Source of the DNA: an uncultured Microbacterium sp.
GTDB lineage: Bacteria; Actinomycetota; Actinomycetes; Actinomycetales; Microbacteriaceae
Direction: 5' to 3'
DNA: 64,000 bases
Assembly (NCBI GenBank): GCA_964400205.1
Contig: CAYNTU010000010.1
Coordinates: 891-64,890, forward strand
The position numbers were made by a program, and so were the translations under genes. The notes beneath the pieces were generated by a model, which saw only the letters and a list, made by a program, of their open reading frames with translations, made no database searches and was not told the DNA's origin. Positions 21,807-30,986 of the stretch are shown one piece after another (within the stretch, counting starts at the first letter, position 1; each line of letters starts with the position of its first letter).

Positions 21807-22898
21807 TGTACTTCTCCGACACGTTGTGAACGTGTGAGTTAGGCGAAGACCTCCGGGAAGATGTGGGTACCACCCTCACATCGGATTCCACGGAGGTCTT
21901 CGTGACTCACGCTGACGCGCCATTGACGCCGGAAGGGCGTCGTCGTCTTGCTGTTCTTGTCGTCGAGCAGAACTGGTCGCTGCGGCGCGCCGCGGAACGG
22001 TTCCAATGCTCGCCGGCGACAGCGAAGAAGTGGGCGGACCGGTACCGAGCCGGGCAACAACTCACTGACCGCGCCTCACGGCCCTCGTCGTCGCCGAACC
22101 GGTTACCGCGGAAGACGGAGCGGCGGATCGTCGCGTTGCGGTTCACCCGACGGTGGGGTCCGCACCGGATCGCGTAACACCTGCGGTTACACCGTTCCAC
22201 GGTTGGGCGAGTCCTTGCCCGATACCGGATGCCGAAGCTCGCGAACATCGACCAGGCCACCGGGCTACCGGTCCGCAAGCCGAAACCGAAACGTTACGAG
22301 GTCGCCAAGCCGCGCCAGCTCGTGCACGTCGATATCAAGAAGCAGGGCCGCATCCCCGACGGCGGCGGCTGGCGCGTCCACGGGCGCGGATCAACGCAAG
22401 ATCGCGCCACGGGTTCGGTTCGAGACAAGGCCGCGCGCGCGGAAGCCGCAGGCTCGCGTGGCTACCGGTATCTGCACCACGCCATCGACGACTACTCGAG
22501 GGTCGCATACTCGGAGATCCTCGACGACGAACGCAAACAGACCGCTGCCGGGTTCTGGGAACGGGCGAACGCGTTCTTCGCAGGCCTCGGTATCACGGTC
22601 ACCGCCGTGATGACAAACAACGGTGCGTGCTACAGGTCACACGCCTTCGCGGACGCGCTCGGCAACACCGTGAAACACAAATGGACCAAGCCCTATCGGC
22701 CGCAGACCAACGGCAAAGTCGAGCGATTCAACCGCACCCTCGCCGTGGAGTGGGCCTACGCGACCACGTACGCCAACGAAGCCGAACGAGAAACCGCCTA
22801 CGAGACCTGGCTGCATGACTACAATCACCACAGACCCCACAGCGGAATCGGCGGCCAAGGCCCCTCAGCCCGCGTTCACAACCTCACGGGGAAGTACA
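21807..22898 (+). mobile_element. IS481-family insertion sequence (about 1.09 kb)
   Basis: Imperfect terminal inverted repeats TGTACTTCTCCGACACGTTGTGAACG (left) and CGTTCACAACCTCACGGGGAAGTACA (right), with TGT..ACA ends. Flanked by TTTAGA (21801-21806) and TCTAGA (22899-22904), consistent with the 6-bp NCTAGN target duplication known for IS481. It encodes a DDE transposase. Confidence 0.8.
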
Positions 22899-22903
22899 TC
22901 TAG
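21902..22903 (+). pseudogene. IS481-family DDE transposase interrupted by one in-frame TAA (22175-22177)
   Basis: Track ORFs 21863-22177 and 22229-22903 are in the same frame. Reading through the TAA gives ..RWGPHRIA*HLRLHRSTVGRVLARYRMPKLANIDQ... It has an N-terminal HTH (RLTPEGRRRL..SLRRAAERF), DDE core HVDIKK..HHAIDDYSR and a C-terminal YRPQTNGKVERFNRTL..YNHHRPHSGIGG. The likely true start is GTG 21902 (VTHADAPLTPEGR). Confidence 0.8.
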
Positions 22904-23014
22904 ACCGCTCGGGGACCGCGAAAGCGACAACCGACTTGACTTCGCACGCGTGACCTGGGATCTGTCCGCAATACCGCTGATCCAATGGAAGCGGATAGAA
23001 ATCGCAATGAGACT

Positions 23015-23908
23015 TCAAGCGCTATCCTCGAGCACCTCGGCGGCTGCGCGGGCAACGTCATCGTTGACGACAACGCGATCAAACTCTGCCTGCGAGGCGA
23101 GCTCTTGCTTTGCCGTGCGAAGTCGCCGGGCGCGTTCTTCTTCGTCTTCCGTGCCACGACCGACGAGTCTGTGGACGAGTTCATCCCAGCTCGGCGGGAG
23201 CAGGAACACCATATGCGCTGACGAATCTGCATCGCGCACTTGGCGCGCACCCTGCAGGTCGATCTCCAGCAGCACGGTCTTGCCGTGCGCGAGCGCCTCT
23301 TCGATGGGGCGGCGCGGTGTGCCATAGCGGTACTTGTTGTGTACGGTTGCCCACTCAAGGAGCTCATCGTCTGCCACGAGGCGGTCAAAGGCTGCATCAT
23401 CGACGAAGTAGTAGTGCACGCCATCCGTTTCGCCGGGACGTGGCGGCCTCGTTGTTGCCGAAACGCTCAATGAGATTTCCGGGTGATGTTCGCGGATGTG
23501 CGCAGCGACGGTACCCTTTCCAACCGCCGTCGGGCCCGCGAGAACCAAGAGGCGACTCAGTCCAGTCCGAGGCTGCGGTGCGACGAAGCGCTTGTCGAGC
23601 CACTCCCCGAGGGCCACGCGCTGCCGCTTTCCCAGCCCGCCGAGACGATGTACGGGTGAGATCCCCAGTTCGTGGAGGATAGCCGCACGCTTGGTCGCGC
23701 CGATACCAGGCAATGCCCCGAGAAAATCTGTGATGCGCAAGGTCGACGCATCCGATTGGGGTTCGGCGAATGCCTGTGCGAGAACCGTTTGCGGCTGTAC
23801 GACCCGATACGCGAGCGATCGTTTGAGTGCTGAGCGTGCGCGACGTCGTTCGATTGCCTTTTGGGCTGCCGCGTGTCGGTCCACATCTGGTGGCGGTGTC
23901 GGTGACAA
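23015..23908 (-). CDS. gmk: fused integration host factor (mIHF-like) / guanylate kinase
   Basis: Single 297-aa ORF. Residues of about 1-105 resemble actinobacterial mIHF (RRRARSALKRSL..ITDFLGALPGIGATKRAAILHELGISPVHRLGGLGKRQRVALGEWL). Residues of about 115-297 are guanylate kinase (P-loop GPTAVGKGT, SATTRPPRPGETDGVHYYFV). No stop codon separates them. Confidence 0.85.
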   Translation of the reverse strand: MSPTPPPDVDRHAAAQKAIERRRARSALKRSLAYRVVQPQTVLAQAFAEPQSDASTLRITDFLGALPGIGATKRAAILHELGISPVHRLGGLGKRQRVALGEWLDKRFVAPQPRTGLSRLLVLAGPTAVGKGTVAAHIREHHPEISLSVSATTRPPRPGETDGVHYYFVDDAAFDRLVADDELLEWATVHNKYRYGTPRRPIEEALAHGKTVLLEIDLQGARQVRDADSSAHMVFLLPPSWDELVHRLVGRGTEDEEERARRLRTAKQELASQAEFDRVVVNDDVARAAAEVLEDSA

Positions 23909-23965
23909 CGAAGGGCCTTTCTCGGGTTGCGAGGCGGGACCTATAAGCCTAGCGGCGCAGCGCCT

Positions 23966-24871
23966 TCAGAGACGAGCTCGAATTGCCTCGGCGAGACCGT
24001 CTGGCCCGGCGGTGAGGATGCTCCGACTTTCGGCGACGATGACGCTTGGCGCGTACGAGCCGAAGATGTGCTCGCGGTCAGCCGCATCCGCGCCCTGGTG
24101 GCCGAACCCCGGCGCAAGAATTGGGGCGATTGGATCGAGAGACGCGGCAAGGCCGTACGAAGCGAGATCGACCGTTGCACCGATGACAAACCCGTGCGAT
24201 GACCACGGTGCGCTCGCGGCAGCACGCGCGAGGCTGTTTCGCGTGACGCCCGAGACAAAACCGGGTTTGATCTTGGTGGCCCCCGTTTCGGGAACAGACG
24301 CCTGATGCTCGCGCGCGAAGGCGGAAACTTCGGCGATGACGGCGGCGGCTACCGAGTCGGCCGTCTCTCGCAGTTGCGCTGTCTGGAAGATCTCAGCTCC
24401 CGGGTTCGACGTTGCGACAAGCGTGAAGGTGCCCTTGCCGTGTTTCTCGGCGAGTTCGAGTGTCCCTCGTAGAGCGCCAACGCCCAGATACGGGCTGATC
24501 GTGATGGCATCGACTTCGAGTGGCGACCCGGGCGCGAGCCACGCTTCTGCGTAGGCATCCTGCGTCGAGTCGATATCACCCCGCTTGGCGTCGCCGATCA
24601 CGACAAGGTTCGCATCGCGCGCCTCGGCGAGCACCCGTTCGAGGGCCACGAAGCCACGCGAGCCGAAACGCTCGTAGAAGGCCACCTGTGGTTTGACAAT
24701 GCGGGCGCCCGTCTCGAGAATGGCCGCAACGACCGTGCGACCGAATCGCTCGGCGCCGTCGGCCGTGTCGGGCAACTCCCACTGTGCAAGCAGGCTCGAA
24801 TGCGGGTCAATGCCAACGCACAAGCGTGGCGAATGATCAAGAATCTTCCGGATTCGCTTACCAAAGTTCAT
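23966..24871 (-). CDS. pyrF: orotidine 5'-phosphate decarboxylase (type 2, long form)
   Basis: 301 aa with CVGIDPH..VKPQVAFYE..IGDAKRGDI. Confidence 0.93.
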   Translation of the reverse strand: MNFGKRIRKILDHSPRLCVGIDPHSSLLAQWELPDTADGAERFGRTVVAAILETGARIVKPQVAFYERFGSRGFVALERVLAEARDANLVVIGDAKRGDIDSTQDAYAEAWLAPGSPLEVDAITISPYLGVGALRGTLELAEKHGKGTFTLVATSNPGAEIFQTAQLRETADSVAAAVIAEVSAFAREHQASVPETGATKIKPGFVSGVTRNSLARAAASAPWSSHGFVIGATVDLASYGLAASLDPIAPILAPGFGHQGADAADREHIFGSYAPSVIVAESRSILTAGPDGLAEAIRARL

Positions 24872-24926
24872 CTCTCACCTCGCGGTAGACCCGACTCGTT
24901 GAGTCTACCGCGAGGTGAGAGATGAA
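24867..24926. repeat. perfect 24-bp inverted repeat (arms 24867-24890 and 24903-24926, 12-nt spacer) containing the pyrF SD and start codon
   Basis: Read directly. TTCATCTCTCACCTCGCGGTAGAC .. GTCTACCGCGAGGTGAGAGATGAA are exact reverse complements. On the minus-strand mRNA the 3' arm carries GAGGUGAGAG-AUG of pyrF. Confidence 0.9.
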
Positions 24927-25005
24927 CCGCACAACCGGTCGCCCGACAGGACTGACCTCATCAGATTAATGCTCGCGCAAGTCGCGACGAAGTGTGGGAA
25001 TTCAC

Positions 25006-25034
25006 TTGCGGTTACGAGAAACGGTACACCGCAA
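25006..25034 (-). terminator. candidate hairpin downstream of the 25111-25803 gene
   Basis: TTGCGGT(G)TAC .. GTAACCGCAA on the minus strand, giving a 7+3 bp stem with one bulge, about 77 nt after the stop. No U-tract. Confidence 0.3.
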
Positions 25035-25110
25035 ATGAATCACGCCGGGGTCACGGAAGCCGCGCCACATTCTGAGGTGCATTCTGGATAGAAGGTTGCG
25101 GGCGGATCAC

Positions 25111-25803
25111 CTACTCCCATCCACCCGAACACGTCGCAGTATTGACGCATTGTGCTCGGAATTTCTTCGTGCCAATGACCTCACCCCACGGCACAACACC
25201 TCCGCCACCCCCACTGTCGGCTGAGCCAAGCCCGTACCACTTTGACCAGATTCCAAATTGAGACCCGTTGTATCCCTCGTAGTAGCCAAGGCCCTGCCCG
25301 ACAGCAGTCTGATACGTCCACCACGACGTTTCAAAGTAGTACGACACCTCAGCAGATGGATCCCATCCCCAAACTGAACCACCCGTCCAGACGCCGCTCC
25401 ACCCTGACACGTTGGCAGACCAGCCGTACAAGCTCATCGGAGCAATCGATGCGTCAGTCAATTCGTTCGATGTTGCGTTAGTAGGGGTGGAACTATCCCC
25501 TGAACGCCGCGCTGCCACCAGCGTTGCCAAGTCCGCTTCGGTTATTCCACCAGGCAATGATCCATCCGGCTCCGAAATCACGACAAGTGTCCCCTCATCG
25601 AGCTCTCCAGTCGCGTAGAACGTGCCGTTACTGGTGTGTACTCCGTCGCTGGAGTCGATGATCAAGTAGCCGCGCTCGTCTGCGAGAGCGATAGCGTCGG
25701 GAGTCGGACCTTGTCGCTCCTCGGCATTTGCGGCTGAGATCCCTAGCGTCGATGCGAGCGCCGCAACGACAACCATAGCCAACAGTGAATTTCGCTTAGT
25801 CAT
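25111..25803 (-). CDS. secreted Trp/Gly/Tyr-rich hypothetical protein
   Basis: Signal peptide MTKRNSLLAMVVVAALASTLGISAANA|EE. The C-terminal part of about 108 aa holds about 11 Trp, a GGGGG run and a terminal Cys pair (CVNTATC). ATG at 25803 is preferred over the TTG at 25821 because GGAAAGGGA lies just upstream. Lower-GC region. Confidence 0.6.
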   Translation of the reverse strand: MTKRNSLLAMVVVAALASTLGISAANAEERQGPTPDAIALADERGYLIIDSSDGVHTSNGTFYATGELDEGTLVVISEPDGSLPGGITEADLATLVAARRSGDSSTPTNATSNELTDASIAPMSLYGWSANVSGWSGVWTGGSVWGWDPSAEVSYYFETSWWTYQTAVGQGLGYYEGYNGSQFGIWSKWYGLGSADSGGGGGVVPWGEVIGTKKFRAQCVNTATCSGGWE

Positions 25804-25882
25804 TGTCAGTTCCCTTTCCAAGTTGCGATTCCCGCTTCTGGATTTCGCTTACGTGTCGCTCACAATACGCTCTTTACCACAC

Positions 25883-25891
25883 TGTTATAAT
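25883..25891 (+). promoter_or_regulatory. extended -10 promoter TGtTATAAT for the 25915 gene
   Basis: Exact TGnTATAAT read at 25883-25891, followed by AGGAGG (25903-25908) 6 nt before the ATG at 25915. No good -35 element. Confidence 0.45.
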
Positions 25892-25914
25892 AGGTAAGCA
25901 TAGGAGGCAGGCAA

Positions 25915-26511
25915 ATGGGCTCGAAACGTAGCTCTCATACGAACTACGACACGTTGCTTGGTTTTTTCCTTGCCTGTGGGGCTGTCGGTATTGCGTCCAG
26001 CGGCGTGGCTGGCGGCGTGCTAACGCGCACAGTACAAGTGGTTGCGGCAGTAGGAATCTTGATCGGCCTCACCCTGTTAGCGAGCGGCTTAACCTCGGCA
26101 GTCCCGAAAGAGCTAACCACCGTTCGCATCGGTGTGTGTGGCCTAGTTCTCGCGCTGATCATTCTCGCGGCGATGAGTTTCGTACGATTACCGAATCCTT
26201 GGGTGTTGTGGGTGACTAGCGCTCTTCAGTTGATCATATGCGGACTCGCGCTGTACGTCAGTTTTTCGATTGGACGTGACGCACGGCCATCGAACCCCCG
26301 TCGCTGGGCGCCGCTCGCGATTACAGCAGTCGGGACCGCGATGGCGGCAGCCGAATTGTTGATGCAGACAACCTTTGCCTCAGGTACGATCAGGTCGGTA
26401 GATATCTCGCGCTTGACAGGTCTGGTAGAAGTCATGTGCATTGCGGCACTTGGTGTTGTATTCGCAACATGGAGCCTCAGCGTTAGTTCGTTCAATGACG
26501 CGGAGTATTAG
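25915..26511 (+). CDS. polytopic membrane protein (about 6 TM), hypothetical
   Basis: 198 aa with six hydrophobic stretches of about 20 aa and a strong SD. Stop is 6 nt from the convergent carB stop. Lower-GC region (52/100 at 26161-26260). Confidence 0.6.
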   Translation: MGSKRSSHTNYDTLLGFFLACGAVGIASSGVAGGVLTRTVQVVAAVGILIGLTLLASGLTSAVPKELTTVRIGVCGLVLALIILAAMSFVRLPNPWVLWVTSALQLIICGLALYVSFSIGRDARPSNPRRWAPLAITAVGTAMAAAELLMQTTFASGTIRSVDISRLTGLVEVMCIAALGVVFATWSLSVSSFNDAEY

Positions 26512-26517
26512 CACGTC

Positions 26518-29500
26518 TCAACCAGGCGAGCCTAGCTTTGCGCGATCTTTTGCGTACTCCTGCAGGGAACGCACGCGGAAGTTCTCAGGCCTGTTGTGCA
26601 GCCCAGTCACGGCCGCGCCGAGCGTTGCAATCGTTGTGAAGAGCGCCTTGTCGGCAGCAACCGCAGCAGCACGAATCTCGTAACCGTCAGCGCGCGTGGC
26701 CTCCCCACCACCCGAGGGGGTGTTGACAATGATGTCGATCTCTCCCGCGTCGATGAGGTCAACAATGTTGGGTGCACCGGCAAACTCGCCGTCACCGTGC
26801 GTTTCAGAGTACTTCGCGACCGTTTCGACCGCGATGCCGTTGCGCGCGAGAATCTCTGCCGTGCCGCCCGTCGCAATGATCTTGAAGCCCAGCTGTTGCA
26901 GGCGGTGGGCAGGCAAGATGACCTGGCGCTTGTCGGCATCCGAAACCGAGATGAAGACGGTTCCCGTCGTGGGCAACCCGCCGTATGCGGCCGCCTGGCT
27001 CTTCGCGAAGGCCGTGGGGAAATCGATGTCGATACCCATGACCTCACCCGTTGAACGCATCTCAGGGCCGAGCACAGAGTCGACGAGTGAGCCATCGTGT
27101 TTGCGGAAGCGTTTGAAGGGCAACACGGCTTCCTTGACAGAAACGGGCGTTCCGATGGGCACCTGTGAACCATCCGCAGCAGGCAAGAGCCCTTCATCGA
27201 CCAGCTGCGCGATCGTAGAACCCGTCATGACGCGCGAGGCCGCCTTCGCGATCGGGATCCCCAGCGCCTTGGAGACGAACGGAACCGTGCGCGAGGCACG
27301 GGGGTTCGCCTCAATGACATAGAGCACGCCCGCACTCACGGCGAATTGCACATTGAGCAGCCCACGAACGCCGATGCCCTCGGCAATCGCGAGCGTCGCC
27401 TGGCGCACCCGGTCGATTTCGCCTCGGCCGAGCGAGACGGGCGGAAGGGCACACGCTGAGTCGCCCGAGTGGATGCCGGCTTCTTCGAGGTGCTCCATGA
27501 TGCCGCCGATGTACAGGCGCTCGCCATCGTAGAGCGCGTCAACATCAATCTCGATTGCGTCATCGAGGAAGCGGTCAACGAGCAGCGGCTTGCCGGGCTC
27601 AATCACGACTTCGCCCGCCGTGCGAACAAAGTAGTCACGCAGTGCTGGCGAGTCGTAGACGATTTCCATGCCGCGCCCGCCCAGCACGAAGCTTGGGCGC
27701 ACGAGCACGGGGTACCCGATCTCTTCTGCGATCGCGACGGCGCCGTCGACATCAGTTGCCGTGCCGTGGCGGGGAGCTTGCAGTTCGGCTTGGCTCAGAA
27801 TCTGCGAGAACAGTTCACGTTCCTCTGCGAGGTCGATTGCCTCGGGTGAGGTGCCGAGCACGGTGTAACCGGCGTCCTGAATGCCCTTCGCGAGGCCCAA
27901 GGGCGTCTGCCCGCCGAGCTGACAAACAACGCCGACGATTTCACCGGATGCCGCCTCGGCCCGCAGAACCTCAAGCACATCCTCAAGGGTGAGTGGCTCA
28001 AAGTAGAGACGGTCGCTCGTGTCGTAGTCAGTTGACACAGTCTCAGGGTTGCAGTTGACCATGACGGTTTCGTAACCGGCATCCGAGAGCGCGAAGCTCG
28101 CGTGCACGCAGGAGTAATCAAACTCGACGCCCTGGCCGATGCGGTTCGGCCCCGATCCGATGATGACGACCTTCTTGCGATCGCTCGGCGTGACCTCGGT
28201 CTCGGCGTCGTAGCTCGAGTAGTAGTACGGCGTTTCGGCCGGGAACTCGCCCGCACAGGTGTCTACCGTCTTGTACACGGGGTGCAGACCAAGCTCGCCG
28301 CGGAGCGTGCGGATGCTGACTTCATCGCTCCCCCGCAATTGCGCAATCTGTGCATCGCTGAACCCGTGGTCTTTTGCCAATCGGATGACGCTGGCGTTCA
28401 GTTCCTCAGCGTGCGCAATCTCCTGCGCGACTTCGTTGATGAGCACAATCTGGTCGATGAACCACGGGTCGATCCCGGTGGCATCAAAGACCTCTTCAAC
28501 CGTCGCGCCCTGCACGAGTGCCTGCTGCACAGTAATGATGCGGCCGTCGGTCGGCGTCTTTGCGATCTCCAGCAGCTCGTCTTTGCTAAGCGGCTGTTCC
28601 CCCCAGTGGAAGCTCGAACCGCGCTTCTCGAGTGAGCGCAAGGCTTTCTGCAGCGCCGTCGTGTAGTTCCGGCCAATCGCCATTGCTTCGCCGACAGACT
28701 TCATGGTTGTTGTGAGCGTCGCGTCTGCCGAGGGGAACTTCTCGAACGCGAAGCGCGGAACCTTCACCACGATGTAGTCGAGCGTCGGCTCGAAGCTTGC
28801 CGGCGTCACCTGCGTGATGTCGTTCGGAATCTCATCGAGGCGGTAGCCAATAGCGAGCTTGGCCGCGATCTTCGCAATCGGGAAGCCCGTCGCCTTCGAG
28901 GCGAGCGCGCTCGAACGCGAAACACGCGGGTTCATCTCGATCACGATGATGCGACCCGTCTCAGGGTCGACCGCGAACTGAATGTTGCACCCACCCGTGT
29001 CGACACCCACGCGACGGATGATCTCGATACCGATGTTGCGCAGCTTCTGGAACTCGCGGTCGGTCAGCGTGAGCGCAGGGGCGACCGTGATCGAGTCACC
29101 CGTGTGCACACCGACGGGGTCGACGTTTTCAATCGAGCACACGACAACCGTGTTATCGGCAGTGTCGCGCATGAGCTCAAGTTCGTACTCTTTCCACCCG
29201 AGGATGCTCTCTTCCAGCAACACCTCGTTGGTTGGAGAGTCGTGCAGACCCGCGCCAGCGATACGGCGCAGATCCGCTTCGTTGTAGGCGAAGCCCGAGC
29301 CGAGGCCGCCCATCGTGAATGAGGGGCGCACAACGAGGGGGTAGCCGAGTTCTTCTGCCGCGGTCAGGCACTCGTCCATCGTGTGGGCGATGCGACTGGC
29401 TGCGACATCCGCGCCAGCTTCAATGACGAGCTCTTTGAAGATCTGGCGATCCTCGCCCTTCTGAATTGCCTCGACCTTGGCGCCGATGAGTTCAACGCCG

Positions 29501-29832
29501 TACTTATCGAGGATGCCGCGCTCGTGTAGCGCCATGGCCGCGTTGAGCGCGGTCTGGCCGCCGAGCGTCGGCAGGATCGCATCGGGCTGCTCTTTCGCGA
29601 TGATCGTTTCGATGACCTCGGGGGTGATCGGCTCGATGTACGTCGCGTCAGCGAAGTCGGGGTCGGTCATGATCGTGGCCGGATTGGAGTTCACGAGGAT
29701 AACGCGCACGCCCTCTTCGCGCAGCACACGGCACGCCTGGGTTCCCGAGTAGTCAAACTCACAGGCCTGACCAATGACGATCGGGCCCGAGCCGATAACG
29801 AGGACGCTCTTGATGTCGTCGCGCTTTGGCAT
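26518..29832 (-). CDS. carB: carbamoyl-phosphate synthase large subunit
   Basis: 1104 aa with duplicated ATP-grasp halves, beginning [33 protein letters not shown]. Confidence 0.98.
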   Translation of the reverse strand: MPKRDDIKSVLVIGSGPIVIGQACEFDYSGTQACRVLREEGVRVILVNSNPATIMTDPDFADATYIEPITPEVIETIIAKEQPDAILPTLGGQTALNAAMALHERGILDKYGVELIGAKVEAIQKGEDRQIFKELVIEAGADVAASRIAHTMDECLTAAEELGYPLVVRPSFTMGGLGSGFAYNEADLRRIAGAGLHDSPTNEVLLEESILGWKEYELELMRDTADNTVVVCSIENVDPVGVHTGDSITVAPALTLTDREFQKLRNIGIEIIRRVGVDTGGCNIQFAVDPETGRIIVIEMNPRVSRSSALASKATGFPIAKIAAKLAIGYRLDEIPNDITQVTPASFEPTLDYIVVKVPRFAFEKFPSADATLTTTMKSVGEAMAIGRNYTTALQKALRSLEKRGSSFHWGEQPLSKDELLEIAKTPTDGRIITVQQALVQGATVEEVFDATGIDPWFIDQIVLINEVAQEIAHAEELNASVIRLAKDHGFSDAQIAQLRGSDEVSIRTLRGELGLHPVYKTVDTCAGEFPAETPYYYSSYDAETEVTPSDRKKVVIIGSGPNRIGQGVEFDYSCVHASFALSDAGYETVMVNCNPETVSTDYDTSDRLYFEPLTLEDVLEVLRAEAASGEIVGVVCQLGGQTPLGLAKGIQDAGYTVLGTSPEAIDLAEERELFSQILSQAELQAPRHGTATDVDGAVAIAEEIGYPVLVRPSFVLGGRGMEIVYDSPALRDYFVRTAGEVVIEPGKPLLVDRFLDDAIEIDVDALYDGERLYIGGIMEHLEEAGIHSGDSACALPPVSLGRGEIDRVRQATLAIAEGIGVRGLLNVQFAVSAGVLYVIEANPRASRTVPFVSKALGIPIAKAASRVMTGSTIAQLVDEGLLPAADGSQVPIGTPVSVKEAVLPFKRFRKHDGSLVDSVLGPEMRSTGEVMGIDIDFPTAFAKSQAAAYGGLPTTGTVFISVSDADKRQVILPAHRLQQLGFKIIATGGTAEILARNGIAVETVAKYSETHGDGEFAGAPNIVDLIDAGEIDIIVNTPSGGGEATRADGYEIRAAAVAADKALFTTIATLGAAVTGLHNRPENFRVRSLQEYAKDRAKLGSPG

Positions 29833-30986
29833 TATTTGCTGACCTTTCCGGTCGTTTCTTTCACCAGATCGGCGAAACGATCAAAGAGATAGTTGGCGTC
29901 GTGCGGGCCTGCTGCGGCCTCCGGGTGGTACTGCACGCTAAATGCGGGCACATCCAGGGCGCGGAGGCCCTCCACAACGTTGTCGTTGAGCCCAATGTGG
30001 CTCACCTCGACGCGCCCGAACCCTGCCGGGCTATCGATAACGCCCTCGATTGGTGCGTCCACGGCGAAGCCATGATTGTGCGCCGTGATCTCAACGCGGC
30101 CGGTTGCCTTGTCAAGCACCGGCTGGTTGATACCGCGGTGGCCGAACGGCAGTTTGTAGGTGCTGAAACCGAGCGCACGCCCGAGCAGCTGGTTACCGAA
30201 GCAAATGCCGAAGAACGGCAGCCCCTGCTTGAGGAGGCCCTGCAGCAGCGCGACGTGAGCATCGGATGCCGAGGGGTCACCCGGGCCGTTCGAGAAGAAG
30301 GCCGCAACAGGCTCGATTGCAAGCACATCCTCGAGCGAGACCGACTGCGGCAGCACGTGCACCTCGAAGCCTCGCTCTGCGAGGTTATCGAGCGTTGACT
30401 GCTTGACGCCGAGGTCGAGAACTGCGAGATTGCCGAGTCGTTCGACGCCCTCCGCGACCGGGACAATGACGGGCTCGCTCACCGAGACGGCCGCCGAGAG
30501 GTTCTGGCCGGCCATTTCGGGGGCGGCTGTCACCTTCGCGAGCTGATCAGCGGGGTCGAGGGCAGCATCCGCTCCTGAGAAGATGCCGCCGCGCATTGAG
30601 CCGTCGCCGCGAAGGCGTCGCGTGATCGCGCGCGTGTCGATGCCGCTGATGCCGACGATGCCGTCGCGCACGAGAGCGTCGTCAAGTGACTCGGTTGCTC
30701 GCCAGTTGGAGACGACACGTGAAGGGTCGCGCACGATGTAGCCGGCAACCCAGATCTGACGCGATTCAGGGTCTTCCTCGTTCATGCCCGTATTGCCGAT
30801 GTGCGGTGCCGTCTGCAGCACGATCTGGCCCGCGTACGAGGGGTCGGTCAGGGTCTCTTGGTAACCCGACATGCCCGTCGCGAAGACGACCTCGCCGATC
30901 GTCGTTCCCGCCGCGCCGTATGCGCGCCCATCGAAACGCGAGCCATCTTCCAGAACGAGTACTGCTGCTTGTGATTCTTGGCTCAT
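29832..30986 (-). CDS. carA: carbamoyl-phosphate synthase small (glutaminase) subunit
   Basis: 384 aa with the GATase triad region [16 protein letters not shown]. Its stop codon overlaps the carB start codon by 1 nt. Confidence 0.97.
   Translation of the reverse strand: MSQESQAAVLVLEDGSRFDGRAYGAAGTTIGEVVFATGMSGYQETLTDPSYAGQIVLQTAPHIGNTGMNEEDPESRQIWVAGYIVRDPSRVVSNWRATESLDDALVRDGIVGISGIDTRAITRRLRGDGSMRGGIFSGADAALDPADQLAKVTAAPEMAGQNLSAAVSVSEPVIVPVAEGVERLGNLAVLDLGVKQSTLDNLAERGFEVHVLPQSVSLEDVLAIEPVAAFFSNGPGDPSASDAHVALLQGLLKQGLPFFGICFGNQLLGRALGFSTYKLPFGHRGINQPVLDKATGRVEITAHNHGFAVDAPIEGVIDSPAGFGRVEVSHIGLNDNVVEGLRALDVPAFSVQYHPEAAAGPHDANYLFDRFADLVKETTGKVSK

Noticed and set aside
21863-22903. Two-ORF IS with a programmed -1 frameshift (IS3-like orfA/orfB).
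   Set aside because: Both ORFs are in the same frame (21863 and 22229 are congruent modulo 3) and are separated by one TAA. No slippery heptamer is needed, so an IS481-type single transposase with a nonsense mutation explains it better.
25111-25803. Assignment of the Trp-rich secreted protein to the lactococcin-972 bacteriocin family.
   Set aside because: I could not find the family's GGTWxYG-type motif or a comparable length or architecture. Only the general idea of a secreted protein next to a membrane protein remains, and that is flagged as speculation.
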